The notes beneath the pieces are model-generated. The model saw only the letters and a list, made by a program, of their open reading frames with translations, made no database searches and was not told where the DNA came from. Shown in pieces: positions 62,942-64,000 of a DNA stretch of 64,000 bases. Source of the DNA: Yuukianura sp. NJ FZ-2021. Lineage: Eukaryota. The DNA lies in contig CM102283.1 in the NCBI GenBank assembly GCA_046563655.1, positions 5,084,001 through 5,148,000 on the forward strand, given 5' to 3'. Made by a program: the position numbers and the translations under genes. The stretch's first letter is position 1. The number at the start of each line of letters is the position of its first letter.

Positions 62942-64000
62942 TCAGCACACACTCTGGGTTCGGTGATAATTTCAGACGTCGAGGGTGCTGGTGTTTGGTA
63001 TTATATGCACTAAAACACTTTTCCATTTCACATCGTACAGTTTGCTGCTGAATACGTTGTATTTTGACTCAAGTTAAGACGTAGAAGATTCCTGCGTTAA
63101 CTCAAAAAAGGTCAGCTTGCTGGACTAAAAATAGTAACACGCAGAAGATGCTAAGAAATTGTTCTCAGCACACACTCTGGGAGTGGTGATAATTTCAGAC
63201 GTCGAGGGTGCTGGTATTTGGTATTTTATGCACTAAAACACTTTTCCATTTCACATCGTACAGTTTGCTGCTGAATACGTTGTATTTTGACTCAACATAA
63301 GACGTAGAAGATTCCTGCGTTAACTCAAAAAAGGTCAGTTTTCTGCACTAAAAATTGCAACACGCAGAAGATGCTAAGAAATTGTTCTCAGCACACACTC
63401 TGGGGGTGGTGATAATTTCAGACGTCGAGGGTGCTGGTATTTGGTATTATATGCACTAAAACACTTTTCCATTTCACATCGTACAGTTTGCTGCTGAATA
63501 CGTTGTATTTTGACTCAAGTTAAGACGTAGAAGATTCCTGCGTTAACTCGAAGGAGGTCAGTTTGCTGCACTAAAAATAGCAACACGCTGAAGATGCTAA
63601 GAAATTGTTCTCAGCACACACTCTGGGGGCAGTGATAATTTCAGACGTCGAGCGTGCTGGTGTTTGGTATTATATGCACTAAAACACTTTTCCATTTTAC
63701 ATCGTACAGTTTGCTGCTGAATACGTTGTATTTTGACTCAAGTTAAGACTTAGAAGATTCCTGCGTTAACTCAAAAAGGTCAGCTTGCTGCACTAAAAAT
63801 AGCAACACGCAGAAGATGCTAAGAAATTGTTCTCAGCACACACTCTGGGGGTAGTGATAATTTCAGACGTCGAGGGTGCTGGTGTTTGGTATTATATGCA
63901 CTAAAACACTTTTCCATTTTACATCGTACAGTTTGCTGCTGAATACGTTGTATTTTGACTCAAGTTAAGACTTAGAAGATTCCTGCGTTAACTCAAAAAA
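62942..64000. repeat. Second satellite array, 223-bp monomer, about 4.75 copies visible, continuing beyond the window
   Basis: tcagcacacactctggg recurs at 62942, 63165, 63388, 63611 and 63833 (periods 223, 223, 223, 222). Copies differ by scattered substitutions. Confidence 0.97.

Noticed and set aside
62814-63026. 70-aa ORF
   Set aside because: It spans the N gap and two different satellites.
62942-64000. Homology between the 223-bp and 127-bp satellites (shared ttctcag, atttcag, ttttgac words)
   Set aside because: Only 6-7-bp matches, not collinear, and expected by chance in AT-rich DNA.

Overview
Eukaryotic (probably invertebrate) repeat-rich DNA with no intact protein-coding gene, RNA gene or CRISPR array. 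Bases 1-4500 are a cluster of nested mobile DNA. It holds two copies of a non-autonomous Helentron (HINE/DINE-1-like) element: one partial (1-581) and one apparently complete (about 2386-3361, minus strand, with subterminal inverted repeats, a GTCT microsatellite and a 3' stem-loop). A 347-bp solo LTR (857-1203, TGTTG...CAACA, 5-bp TSD CGCAT) splits a C2H2 zinc-finger ORF, which is restored in frame when the LTR is removed. A perfect 22-bp inverted repeat (4336-4357/4497-4518) has a right arm that runs straight into the first satellite monomer. Bases 4505-62841 are one head-to-tail array of about 460 copies of a 126/127-bp AT-rich satellite. Its left part alternates two monomer types (about 253-bp dimer), and it becomes more uniform to the right. 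After a 100-N gap (62842-62941) a different 223-bp satellite runs to the window end. The layout suggests the edge of pericentromeric or centromeric heterochromatin, but centromere function cannot be judged from sequence alone.
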